Source: an uncultured Verrucomicrobiae bacterium
Lineage (GTDB): Bacteria; Verrucomicrobiota; Verrucomicrobiia; Chthoniobacterales; UBA10450
NCBI GenBank assembly: GCA_963726745.1
Contig: CAVSDR010000002.1
Span: forward strand, 32,001 to 96,000
Direction of reading: 5' to 3'
Length of the DNA: 64,000 nucleotides
Below the pieces are notes generated by a model that was given only the letters and a program-made list of their open reading frames with translations, had not been told where the DNA came from and did no database searches. The position numbers were made by a program, and so were the translations under genes. Positions within the stretch are counted from its first letter, which is position 1; each line of letters begins with the position of its first letter. Positions 33,400 through 42,731 of the stretch are shown here, piece by piece.

Positions 33400-35604
33400 T
33401 TAGCCCTTCTTCTCCGCGGGGGCTTCGCCCGTACCCGGCTCCGGACTCGTTAGGCCGCGGCGCTCGAGCAGTGGCTGAATGTCCGGGCCGCCGCCGGTGA
33501 AGTTCTTGAATTGTTCGAGCGGATCCTCGCTCCCGCCGCGCGAAAGCAAAGTCTTGCGGAACCGATCGCCGTTTTCCCGCGTCATCCCACCGTGTTCCTT
33601 GAACCATTTCACGGTGTCGGCATCGAGGACCTCGCTCCAGATATAGCTGTAGTAACCGGCCGAGTAGCCGCCCGCGAACGCGTGCGAGAAATACGGCGTG
33701 CGATAACGCGGCGGCACCGGCTCGTAGTCCAGGCCCACCTTCTTGAGCGCATCGGCCTCGAAGCCGAGGACGTCTTTCGGAATCTCGCCCGGCTTGAGCT
33801 GATGCCAGGCCTGGTCGAGCAGCGCCGCCGCAAGGTATTCGGTCGTCTTGAAGCCCTGGCCGAATTTTTCCGAGGCGGTCATCTTGTCGAGTAACTCCTT
33901 CGGCATCGGCTCGCCGGTTTGGTAATGCTTCGCGTAATTCTGCAGGACTTGCGGCCAGGTGGCCCACATCTCGTTCACCTGCGAGGGGAACTCGACGAAG
34001 TCGCGCGGGACGTTCGTCCCGGAAAAGCGCGGGTATTTTACGTTGGAAAACATCCCATGGAGCGCGTGGCCGAACTCGTGGAACATCGTCCGCACTTCAT
34101 CGAAGGTCAGGAGCGTGGGCTCGCCTTTTGGTGGCTTCGGGATGTTGAGGTGATTCGCCACCACCGGCTTGGTCTTGAAGAGATCACTCTGCGAGACGTA
34201 TTCGTTCATCCAGGCGCCGCCGCGTTTCGAGGGCCGGGCATACATGTCCGAGAGGAAGAGCGCGAGCGGCTCGCCGTTGGCGTCGAAGACTTCAAAGACG
34301 CGCACGTCCTCCTGGTAAACCGGCAGATCTTTCCGCTCCTTGAAGGTCAGCCCATAGATCTGGCCGGCGGCGTAGAAGACGCCGTCTCGCTGCACATGGT
34401 CCAGCTCGAAGTAGGGGCGCAGCTGCCCTTCGTCGAAGGCGTATTTATCCTTCCGCACCTTCTCTTCGTAAAGGCTCCAGTCCCACGACTTCAGCGGGAA
34501 CTTCTCATTCCCCTGGTCGATCTGCTGCTGGATATCGGCGCCTTCCTTCTTCGCGTTGGCCACCGCCGGCGGCGCGAGTTGGCCTAACAACTTGTTCACC
34601 GTCGGCACGTCCTTGGCCGTCTGATCCTCGAGCTGGTAGGCGGCGTGCGTCTCGTAGCCGAGCAGATTCGCGCGCTCCGCGCGCAGCTTTGCGATTTGCT
34701 TCACCGTCTCGCGCGTGTCGAACTGCCCGCCCTGGCTGTTGCGGTTGAGCGAGGCTTTCATTAAGCGCTCCCGCAGCGCGCGGTTTTGCAGCGATGAAAG
34801 GGCCGGCTGCCCGCTGGTGTTCTGCAGCGCGATGACAAACTTGCCCTCTTTCTTCTCCGCTTTCGCGGTGTTCGCGGCTGCGGCGATTTCGTTGTCGTCC
34901 ATGCCGGCGAGCTCCTCGCGCTTTTCCACCACCACGCCGTTGGCGTTTTTTTCCTTGAGCACGTGCTGGCTGAACTTTGTCTCCAGGCTCGCGAGCTCGC
35001 TGTTCATCTTCTTGAGCTTCTCCTTATCCGCGGCCGAGAGTTTTGCGCCCGCGCGCACGAAGTCCTTGTAGTAACGCTCGAGCAGGTAGGCCGATTCCGC
35101 GTCGAGCTGTAGCTCCGCTTTCTTGTCGTAGATCGCCTGCACGCGCTGGAAGAGTTTCGGGTTCAGGTAAATCGCGTCCTGATGCGCGGAAAGCTTCGGC
35201 GCCATTTCCGTCTCGGTCTTTTGCAGGACGTCGTCGGTGTTTGCGCCGGTGAGGTTGCCGAAGGTGTTGTTCACCCGGGTGAGCACCGTCCCGGATTTCT
35301 CCAGGGCCACGATCGTGTTTTCGAAGGTCGGCTCGTCGGTGCTGTTCGCGATCGCTTCCACTTCCTTCAAGTGCTCCGCGAGCGCGATTGCAAACGCGGG
35401 CGAGAACTGCTCGCTCTTGATCTTGTCGAAGGCCGGCATCTGATACGGCAGCGTGCTTTCGGCGAGTAGCGGATTGGCCGCGGTGGCCTCCTTATTATCC
35501 GGGACGGCGGGCGCTTTTTTAGGCGGAGCAGCATGCATGGATTGGAAAGTGAAGCTCGCCGCGAGGGCGACGAGCAGGAGGCGCGGAAGCAGATGCTTGG
35601 ACAT
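33400..35604 (-). CDS. dcp: Peptidyl-dipeptidase Dcp (M3), secreted
   Basis: PTFENT, KRGGAWM, FHEFGHALH, DFVEFPSQ, YSAGYYSY. Confidence 0.9.
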   Translation of the reverse strand: MSKHLLPRLLLVALAASFTFQSMHAAPPKKAPAVPDNKEATAANPLLAESTLPYQMPAFDKIKSEQFSPAFAIALAEHLKEVEAIANSTDEPTFENTIVALEKSGTVLTRVNNTFGNLTGANTDDVLQKTETEMAPKLSAHQDAIYLNPKLFQRVQAIYDKKAELQLDAESAYLLERYYKDFVRAGAKLSAADKEKLKKMNSELASLETKFSQHVLKEKNANGVVVEKREELAGMDDNEIAAAANTAKAEKKEGKFVIALQNTSGQPALSSLQNRALRERLMKASLNRNSQGGQFDTRETVKQIAKLRAERANLLGYETHAAYQLEDQTAKDVPTVNKLLGQLAPPAVANAKKEGADIQQQIDQGNEKFPLKSWDWSLYEEKVRKDKYAFDEGQLRPYFELDHVQRDGVFYAAGQIYGLTFKERKDLPVYQEDVRVFEVFDANGEPLALFLSDMYARPSKRGGAWMNEYVSQSDLFKTKPVVANHLNIPKPPKGEPTLLTFDEVRTMFHEFGHALHGMFSNVKYPRFSGTNVPRDFVEFPSQVNEMWATWPQVLQNYAKHYQTGEPMPKELLDKMTASEKFGQGFKTTEYLAAALLDQAWHQLKPGEIPKDVLGFEADALKKVGLDYEPVPPRYRTPYFSHAFAGGYSAGYYSYIWSEVLDADTVKWFKEHGGMTRENGDRFRKTLLSRGGSEDPLEQFKNFTGGGPDIQPLLERRGLTSPEPGTGEAPAEKKG

Positions 35605-35632
35605 AAGTGTGAGTGAGACGATGGAGTGACTC

Positions 35633-36784
35633 GTGGGGAATGTAAACGAACGGAATCAATCGGTCCTGGCCACGCTCTTGCGTGAAAACCCGGTGGTCGT
35701 GACCGGCCTCGGGGCGCTCTCCGCCGCGGGCGGAAATGTGGCCGCGCTCTGGGCCGCGGCGGCGGCCGGACGCGTGCCCGCCAGTTATGCGGTCGCGAAG
35801 ATTCCGGAGACGCCGGCGCGTTTCCGGCGGCTCGATCGCGCGGCGCAGCTCGCCTGGTGCGCCGCGGCCGAGGCGCTGGCGCAGGCTGGCTTGGGGGAAG
35901 TGGGCACGCCCGAGCGCGTCGGCGTTTTCGTGGGCACCGCGGGCGTTCCGCAGCGCTCGTTAGGCCAGGCGCCCCGCCCTTCCACGGCGGCCGATCAATC
36001 GTTCAGCGCCATCGCCGGGGCGCTCGCGCGGGACTTCGGTTTCCGGGGGCCGTGCGTGACCGTGGCCGCGACCTGCGCCTCCGCGGCGGTGGCCATTGCG
36101 CAGGGCGCAGAGCAGATCTTGCTGGGTAAAATAGACGTCGCCCTGGTGGGTGGCGCCGAGGCGCCGCTTGCGCCGGGACGCATGGCGGAGTTCGCCGCGG
36201 CGGGCGTGCTCGCGCGGGAAAGTTGCCGGCCGTTTGATCGGGCGCGCGACGGCATGGTCCTGGGCGAGGGGAGCGGCTTCCTGGTCTTGGAGTCGTCGGG
36301 CCATGCCCGCGCGCGCGGGGTGAAGTGGCTGGCTAATTTCTCTGGCTGGGCCTACGCGAGCGATGCCCGCAGCCGCACGGCCAACGGCACCGCCGGCCTG
36401 GCCCGCGTCTTGCAAGAAGCTTGTGCGCTGGCGCCCGGCCCGATCGATTACCTCAATCTCCACGGCAACGGCACCGTGCGCGGCGATCGCGAGGAAGCCG
36501 AAGCCGTGGCCCAGCTTTTCCCGGGCGTCCCATGCAGTTCAACGAAGCCCATCACCGGTCATTGCCTGGGGGCCACGCCCGCGCTGGAAGCGATCATTGC
36601 CATCGCAGCGCTGCGCGCACAAACCATCCCGCCGAGCGCGCACTGCGACGCGCAGGACCCAGCCTGCGCCATCTCGCTGGCTAAAACCGCCCGGCCCGCA
36701 GAGCTGCGCACCATCCTTTCGAACTCGTTAGGCTTCTGGGGCCAAACCGCCGCGCTCCTTTTCGCGGCTCCGGCGACTCGTTAG
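35633..36784 (+). CDS. Beta-ketoacyl synthase (FabF-like)
   Basis: VVVTGLG, catalytic Cys in ATCAS, RPFD..RDG..LGEG, HGNGT, KPITGHCLGA, SNSLGF. Confidence 0.88.
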   Translation: MGNVNERNQSVLATLLRENPVVVTGLGALSAAGGNVAALWAAAAAGRVPASYAVAKIPETPARFRRLDRAAQLAWCAAAEALAQAGLGEVGTPERVGVFVGTAGVPQRSLGQAPRPSTAADQSFSAIAGALARDFGFRGPCVTVAATCASAAVAIAQGAEQILLGKIDVALVGGAEAPLAPGRMAEFAAAGVLARESCRPFDRARDGMVLGEGSGFLVLESSGHARARGVKWLANFSGWAYASDARSRTANGTAGLARVLQEACALAPGPIDYLNLHGNGTVRGDREEAEAVAQLFPGVPCSSTKPITGHCLGATPALEAIIAIAALRAQTIPPSAHCDAQDPACAISLAKTARPAELRTILSNSLGFWGQTAALLFAAPATR

Positions 36785-36791
36785 GCGCGAG

Positions 36792-39152
36792 CTAGTCCGG
36801 CGCGAGCGTGGTGACCACGGCTTCGAACCCGGGATCGCCCCGGAGCGGGTCCCAGAATGGGTGCAGTTTAAGGTGCCCATAGCTCCAGTAGCTGTGCACT
36901 TGCGTGGCCTGGTGCAGTTCCTCCGCTGCGAGGTCTTTCTCGCCGGCCCAGCCGTAGATGATCGCGAGGTAGCCGTGGAGGAGGGGAGCATCGACCGCGT
37001 CTTGCGAGATGGGAGTGGCTTCCACGGCGCGGCGCCCTTCGGCGATCGCTTCCGCCTTCTGGCCGAGCGCCGCGCGCGCCATCGCGACGGCGCAAATCGC
37101 GCCGCCGTAGCGCGGCTCTTTCTCCAACTGCTCCTGCGAGAGTCGCAGGGCCTCGGTGAAGTGAGCGCGCGCTCCGGCTTCGTCGCCCGCGAGGCGCGCG
37201 ACCACGCCCTGGCACCAGCTCATGGGGAAGGGGACGCCTTCGGCATTGCAGCCCGTGGAACCGAAGGCCTCCATGGCGCGCTCCGCCTCGGCCGGCTTCC
37301 GTTCGCAGAGCGCCAGTTGGAACCAATACTCCGCGATCGCGCGCCCATCGCCCAGGCTTTGTTCCAGGACCTTTCGCACGGCCGCGCGCAGCGGCGCGGT
37401 GTCTGCATGCCAGTCCAGCTCGACCGCGGCCGCTTGCACCTGGGCCAGCGGATCCTCCGGCGCAAGGCGGAGGACGCGGCGCAGCACCGCGCCCATTTCG
37501 TGGTAGCGCCGCTGGCATTGATAACTGAGTGCAAGCTGGCGCAGGATCTCGAGATTTTCCGGATCCAATTCTGAAGCGCGCAAAAAATTAGCCGTGGAAT
37601 CGCGCCAGTGTCCCTCGCGTCGCTGGATGTAACCGAGGAGCAGCGGCACAAGCGGGTCGTTAGGCAGCTTTTTCTGCGCGTTTTCCAACTCGAGGCGCGC
37701 CTTCGGATGGTCGCCCAGGGCCCAGTAGTAATGTTTTGCCTTCGCCAGGTGGGTCTCCCCGGCATTTGGCTGCAGAGAATCGAGAACCTGCAATTGCGCC
37801 TCGGCCTGCCGGAGCCGCACCGCCCCTGGCTCGAAGCGCCGATAGAGCTGGTCGTAGGTATGGGCCAAAAGATAGTGCGCGAGAAAAAACTGCGGGTCTC
37901 GGGTGGTCGCCTCTTCCAGGTTGCGCGCGGCTCGCTGTAAATCTTCGTGGGCCGCAGAACTGAAGACGGCGTCGCTGATCAAGCCCCGGGCGTCGATGTA
38001 TTTCGAGTATGCCAGCTCGTCGCGTGTCGGGCGCTTCCTGAGCGCGGCCCGCTCCTGCGGCGAGAGCTGGACCTTGAGCTGCGCGGTGATGCGCTGGGCG
38101 ATCTCGCTTTGGATGCTGAAAAGGTCGGACTCGTTGCTGTCGTAGCGGTCGGACCACTGCTGGGTCTCGTGCTCCCCTTCGATCAATTGCACGAGCACAC
38201 GCACGTGCTCTCCCACCCGCTGGACATTCCCTTGCAGGAGGTATTGCACGTCCAAATCATGAGCAATCTTCCGCGTGTCCCGCGGCTGCCCGGGAGAGTA
38301 GCGCGCGCCCGACACGACCTTGAGTCCGGAGACGTGGCCGAGGTTGGTTACGATCTCCTCCTGGAGGCCGTTGACGAAATGCTCGTTGCCCTTTTCGTCG
38401 CTCGCGTTTCCGAAAGGGAGCACGGCGATGCTGGCCGGCTGATGGCGCACAGCATATAAGCCGAGGGCGGCCGCCGAGAGCGCAAGGAACGCGACCAGGG
38501 GCTTCCACCCCCAACGCTGGCCGGCGGTGGAAGGGTCTTTGCCGCGGGGCCACGCGGCCCAGCGGCGTTTCTGTTGCGCGAGTCGCGCGGGCACGGCGGG
38601 GTTGCCCAGGCCATCCTTGCAGACGTTCACCAGGCTGACGCGCAGCCCGTGTTTGACGACACATTCTCCGAGCTCGGTCAGGTGAGGATTCCAATGCCGA
38701 TACGGGCCGAGGTCGTCGGCGGTGCGCTTGGAAAGCAGAATGTGCCCGGCGTCGCCGCAATCGAGCACGCGTTGGGCGATGTTCAAAGCAGAGCCGACAT
38801 AGTTCTTGCTGCCGTTCACATCCTTCACTTCCCGGATGGGCCCGCTGTGCACGCCCATGCGCAGATGCAGTCCCGGCTCCTCCCGGAGCGCCTGCGCGAT
38901 TTCGAGCGCGCATTGCACCGGGGACTCCGGGCTGTCGAAGAAGAGCAAGGCCATGCCGTCGCCCGTGGGCAGCCGGACGAGGTGGCCGGCGCGCTCGCTT
39001 TGCAGCACCCGGCGCGTTTGCCTAACGAGTGCATTCATCCGCTCGACCAGGCGGATTTGTTCATCCACCAACAGCTTGGCGTAGGCGACGATGTCGAGCA
39101 GGAGGACGTGGGCGATCTCCGGCTCGAGATTTGGTTCTGGCTCAGTTGCCAT
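36792..39152 (-). CDS. Adenylate/guanylate cyclase-like domain + TM + TolB-N-like + TPR protein
   Basis: AHVLLLDIV, TGDGMAL, LRMGVHSGP, N.AQRV; SIAVLPF; TPR repeats; WDPLRGDPGF at the end. Confidence 0.85.
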   Translation of the reverse strand: MATEPEPNLEPEIAHVLLLDIVAYAKLLVDEQIRLVERMNALVRQTRRVLQSERAGHLVRLPTGDGMALLFFDSPESPVQCALEIAQALREEPGLHLRMGVHSGPIREVKDVNGSKNYVGSALNIAQRVLDCGDAGHILLSKRTADDLGPYRHWNPHLTELGECVVKHGLRVSLVNVCKDGLGNPAVPARLAQQKRRWAAWPRGKDPSTAGQRWGWKPLVAFLALSAAALGLYAVRHQPASIAVLPFGNASDEKGNEHFVNGLQEEIVTNLGHVSGLKVVSGARYSPGQPRDTRKIAHDLDVQYLLQGNVQRVGEHVRVLVQLIEGEHETQQWSDRYDSNESDLFSIQSEIAQRITAQLKVQLSPQERAALRKRPTRDELAYSKYIDARGLISDAVFSSAAHEDLQRAARNLEEATTRDPQFFLAHYLLAHTYDQLYRRFEPGAVRLRQAEAQLQVLDSLQPNAGETHLAKAKHYYWALGDHPKARLELENAQKKLPNDPLVPLLLGYIQRREGHWRDSTANFLRASELDPENLEILRQLALSYQCQRRYHEMGAVLRRVLRLAPEDPLAQVQAAAVELDWHADTAPLRAAVRKVLEQSLGDGRAIAEYWFQLALCERKPAEAERAMEAFGSTGCNAEGVPFPMSWCQGVVARLAGDEAGARAHFTEALRLSQEQLEKEPRYGGAICAVAMARAALGQKAEAIAEGRRAVEATPISQDAVDAPLLHGYLAIIYGWAGEKDLAAEELHQATQVHSYWSYGHLKLHPFWDPLRGDPGFEAVVTTLAPD

Positions 39153-39220
39153 GGGGGCCTGCGCGGGAGCTCTGTCGCGCCACTTTGGCGAACTAGCTCC
39201 CGTTTCGTCGAGGCGAAAGC

Positions 39221-40117
39221 TTATCTCGCCGCTGGTGCCGCCGTGGCTCCGCGCTCCGGCGCGAAGGCCGCGAGGTTCAGCACGATCATCGCGCTGGCAA
39301 AAAGCGGCATGCCCATGAGCAGGCCAATGCCGAGATGCAGCAGGCAAATTGCGGCCAGCCAAAAGGGTCGTGTCCGGCGGGGCCAGATCATGAGCGGGAA
39401 GGTTAATTCCAGCAGCCAGAGGGCGATTCCGGCTGCGGGGAGGAGAAAGCGCAGCGCCGCCAGCCCATCTGGCGGGAGCAGGTCAAAGGGCGGACGCACC
39501 AGCGCGCGCCAAAGACTGTTGCCGTTCCACCAGCCGGGTCCCAAGGCTTTTGCGAGCCCGCTGAAGAAATACAGCAGGCAAAGATGAATCTGCAGGGCAC
39601 GCCGGATGAGGATCGGGGCCGCGGGCGGCACCGCGCGGCCGAAGCGGTGGTCCAAGGTCCAGCGATCCGGCGTGGGCGCGAGCACGAGATAGAAGAGTCC
39701 GATGGTCATCGCGCTATCGACCCCATAGCTCAGCAGCCCGCTGCTTTTCGCCACCAGCAAATGGAGCAGCCAGCCGGAAATCGCGGCCCCGCGGGTGAAA
39801 AGTCCCAAGACCAGGAACAGCCCCGAAAGCAGGAGCAGAAGCCAGAGCCAGTGGAGCGCGGTCTCCGCGGGAAACTCCCCGAACGCTTTGGCCAGCCACC
39901 CGAGGTGCGGCACAAAGACTCCGCGCGCCTGCCACCACGCGCTGCTGATCTCGCTGCCTAAAAATCCGCGCCCACCCGCGCCCAAAAGAAAAATCCAGGA
40001 AGGCCGCAGCGCCAGGCAGAACAGGATCAGCTGCAAGCCCATGCCGCAGCGGAGGACCGCTACCCACGAGAGCGACGCCGGCGCAAAGAAGAACCGCTCG
40101 AGGGTCGCTCTACTCAC
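39221..40117 (-). CDS. HTTM-domain membrane protein (SdpB/gamma-carboxylase-like)
   Basis: Multi-TM; LGLFTR, YGVD, LQIHLCLLYFFSGLAK..WWNG, LELTFP, HLGIGLLMG..FAS.M. Confidence 0.8.
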   Translation of the reverse strand: MSRATLERFFFAPASLSWVAVLRCGMGLQLILFCLALRPSWIFLLGAGGRGFLGSEISSAWWQARGVFVPHLGWLAKAFGEFPAETALHWLWLLLLLSGLFLVLGLFTRGAAISGWLLHLLVAKSSGLLSYGVDSAMTIGLFYLVLAPTPDRWTLDHRFGRAVPPAAPILIRRALQIHLCLLYFFSGLAKALGPGWWNGNSLWRALVRPPFDLLPPDGLAALRFLLPAAGIALWLLELTFPLMIWPRRTRPFWLAAICLLHLGIGLLMGMPLFASAMIVLNLAAFAPERGATAAPAAR

Positions 40118-40679
40118 CGTGCTCTTCCGCCGTCGTCAGGTCGTAAAGGCGCACCTCCTCGCGCCTGGGTCGCGCCCCGTCCGCATACTCGGCGGCAGTC
40201 GGCAGGCTCAGGCGGACCAAGGTCACGCGCACCGCGGTGGTGCCCAGGTGCTGGCCCAGCATCCAGGCAGCGGCTCTTTGCACGAGCAGCTCGCGAAATT
40301 CCTCCACCTCCGCGGAGCCGAGGGTGTCGAGCAAGGCCCCCAGACGCAGGTCGCCCTCGCGGGAACCGCTCGTTAGGCTGGGTCGCTCGAGATAACCGGT
40401 GGAATTGGTCAGGGCGAAATCGAGCCGGAAAGCTTCCGGGACATTCGGCGCGAAGTAGCTGGAGCCGGCCTCGCTCCCGAGATAATGCCCATAGCTTCGA
40501 AGCGGGCCGAGCTGCAACCCTCTCGCAAGGCTTTCCGCTACCTTGGCTGCGCCGCTCGCCACGGCTGCTGGCAGGACCGTTCCTCCCTGGCCCGTGACTC
40601 GAAGCAAATCCTCCAGCGCCGTCGCGAGGACGAAAGCAAAGTGGGCCAGGAAAGCCAGCAGGCAGAGGGTCCGTCCCAC
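40110..40679 (-). CDS. HTTM partner protein (SdpA/DUF5819-like)
   Basis: N-terminal TM with His, Y..Y..SYFAPN motif; overlaps the start of the HTTM gene. Confidence 0.6.
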   Translation of the reverse strand: MGRTLCLLAFLAHFAFVLATALEDLLRVTGQGGTVLPAAVASGAAKVAESLARGLQLGPLRSYGHYLGSEAGSSYFAPNVPEAFRLDFALTNSTGYLERPSLTSGSREGDLRLGALLDTLGSAEVEEFRELLVQRAAAWMLGQHLGTTAVRVTLVRLSLPTAAEYADGARPRREEVRLYDLTTAEEHGE

Positions 40680-40682
40680 GCG

Positions 40683-41099
40683 CTACGGGCGCCGTGAGGC
40701 CGGGCGCGAGGAATCCTCGCCGTGCAGGCTTTTGTCCACTTGGGCGAAGAACGCCTTCATGGCTACGGTGCTGGGGAAGTTCGCCATTTGGGTGTGGTTG
40801 GTTCCGTTCAGCATGTGCATTTTTTGATTGAGCAGCGCGCAGTCGAAGTTATCCAGCGGCCAAATCTGAATGCCGTTGTACTTAATGAACGAGCCGTTTT
40901 TGATGGCGTACCTATCGAGCGCCTGTCGCAAGGCCTGGATTTGGGCGCAATCCGCAATTCTCAAGAAGCGCACTTTGACCGCGAAGGGGGCGGTGCTGTT
41001 GATCGGGAAGCAATTCAGGCAACCCTGGAAGCTCAGGGCAACGGCAAGGATGGCCGCGGCTAAAGCCGCGCGTTTTCCGGGTCGGATGGAGTTTTTCAT
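40683..41099 (-). CDS. Exported 138-aa hypothetical protein, possible lipoprotein
   Basis: MKNSIRPGKRAALAAAILAVALSFQGC signal peptide; four Cys; 3 nt upstream of the SdpA-like gene. Confidence 0.7.
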   Translation of the reverse strand: MKNSIRPGKRAALAAAILAVALSFQGCLNCFPINSTAPFAVKVRFLRIADCAQIQALRQALDRYAIKNGSFIKYNGIQIWPLDNFDCALLNQKMHMLNGTNHTQMANFPSTVAMKAFFAQVDKSLHGEDSSRPASRRP

Positions 41100-41213
41100 A
41101 TTCTGAGGGAGGGGATGTAAGACTGCTGCTAACCGTTTATACGGAATTGCGGCTTCCGGGTTCCGAAAAACTTCGCGGGAGCCTGGGCCATTGAATAACA
41201 TGAAGGCCCCAGC

Positions 41214-42731
41214 GTGAACTACCGAAATTTTCTTCTCGCGATCGGCCTGGCCGCCCACGCCTCCGCCCAGAGTATTGCCCTGCCCTGGAGTGGGCATGGG
41301 CACGATCCGCAACACAGCGGCATCTCGCGTTTTCCGGCGCAAAGTTTGGAGCAGGTGCGCTGGCAGATGCCGGTGGATCTCGACCGCACTTATTGGGGCA
41401 CGCGTCTTCTCATTCACTACGGCTCCGCGGTCGTGACCCGGGCGAATACGGTCATCGTGCCGGTGAAAACCGGCGCCGACGATGGCTTCCGCCTCGAGGC
41501 GCGGGCCGCGGCCGATGGCGCGGTGCGGTGGATCCTGCCGACCGATTACTCGCTCCCGCCGCATAGTTGGGTCCCGGCCTGCGGGATCGCTTTGACGCCA
41601 AAGGGCCGGCTGTTTTTCCCTGCGGCCGGCGGGACGGTCCGCTTCCGCGACGATCCCGACGCGGCCAGCGGCGCGACCGGGCAGATCGCGTTCTATGGCG
41701 CGGCGCAGTACGCCGCAGCGCCCGCCACCTTCAACAGCAACGTTAAGATCTCTACCCCGATCACCACCGATCGCTACGGGAACCTCTTCTTCGGCTTTGT
41801 GGTCCTGGGTCCGAACCCAGCCAATCTCCAAAGCGGGCTCGCCCGCATCGGGGAAGATGGCGTCGCCACTTGGATTTCCGCCGCCACCGCGGCCGCAGAC
41901 AGCAACATCACCCGCGTGCTCATGAATTGCGCCCCCGCCTTGAGCCACGATCAAAAAACGCTCTACCTCGCCGTCACCACGGCCGGCGACTACGGCAGCG
42001 GCTACCTCGTCGCCTTCGACAGCCGCACGCTTGCGCCGCTCCACCGCGTGCTCTTGAAGGACGCCCGGGACCCCACGCGCAATGCCATCTTGCCCGTCGA
42101 TGGGAGCAGCTCGCCCACCGTCGGGCCGGATGGCGATGTCTATTTTGGCGTGCTCGAGCAGCCGTTCTACTCGAATAACCTCCGCGGCTGGCTGCTGCAT
42201 TTCGACAGCTCGTTAGGCGAGACCCGCACGCCGGGCGCCTTCGGTTGGGACGATACCGCCACGATCGTGCCCGCGAGCAGCGTCCCCGGCTACGCCGGCG
42301 CCTCCTCCTATCTCGTGATGACAAAGTCGAACAACTACGTCTCCGGCGGCGGCGATGGGGTGAATCGCCTCGCGCTTCTCGACCCGCAAGCGACCATGAC
42401 CGACCCGGTCACAGGCATCGCCGTCATGCAGGAAATCCTCACCGTCGCCGGGCCCACGCCGGATTGGGAATATCCAAACGTTCCCGGCGCCGTTCGCGAA
42501 TGGTGCGTCAATGCCGCCGCCTACGACCCCGTGACCAGCTCGGTCTTCGCCGCAAATGAAGATGGCAAGCTCTACCGCTGGGACCTCGCGAGTAACACCC
42601 TCGCGCAGGTCCTGACCCTCACCGATGGCATCGGCGAGGCCTACACGCCCACGGTCATCGGCGTGGATGGCACCGTCTACGCCGTAGCCAATGGCCTCCT
42701 CTTCGCCGCCGGGACCGCCGCCTCCCCATGA
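41214..42731 (+). CDS. Secreted beta-propeller (PQQ-like repeat) protein
   Basis: Signal peptide, HDPQHSG..RWQ, repeated SSPTVGPDG.VY / TPTVIGVDGTVY. Confidence 0.75.
   Translation: MNYRNFLLAIGLAAHASAQSIALPWSGHGHDPQHSGISRFPAQSLEQVRWQMPVDLDRTYWGTRLLIHYGSAVVTRANTVIVPVKTGADDGFRLEARAAADGAVRWILPTDYSLPPHSWVPACGIALTPKGRLFFPAAGGTVRFRDDPDAASGATGQIAFYGAAQYAAAPATFNSNVKISTPITTDRYGNLFFGFVVLGPNPANLQSGLARIGEDGVATWISAATAAADSNITRVLMNCAPALSHDQKTLYLAVTTAGDYGSGYLVAFDSRTLAPLHRVLLKDARDPTRNAILPVDGSSSPTVGPDGDVYFGVLEQPFYSNNLRGWLLHFDSSLGETRTPGAFGWDDTATIVPASSVPGYAGASSYLVMTKSNNYVSGGGDGVNRLALLDPQATMTDPVTGIAVMQEILTVAGPTPDWEYPNVPGAVREWCVNAAAYDPVTSSVFAANEDGKLYRWDLASNTLAQVLTLTDGIGEAYTPTVIGVDGTVYAVANGLLFAAGTAASP

Noticed and set aside
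40683..42200. 505-aa minus-strand ORF
   Set aside because: Only the last 138 aa (from ATG 41099) look real; the rest is antisense to the beta-propeller gene.
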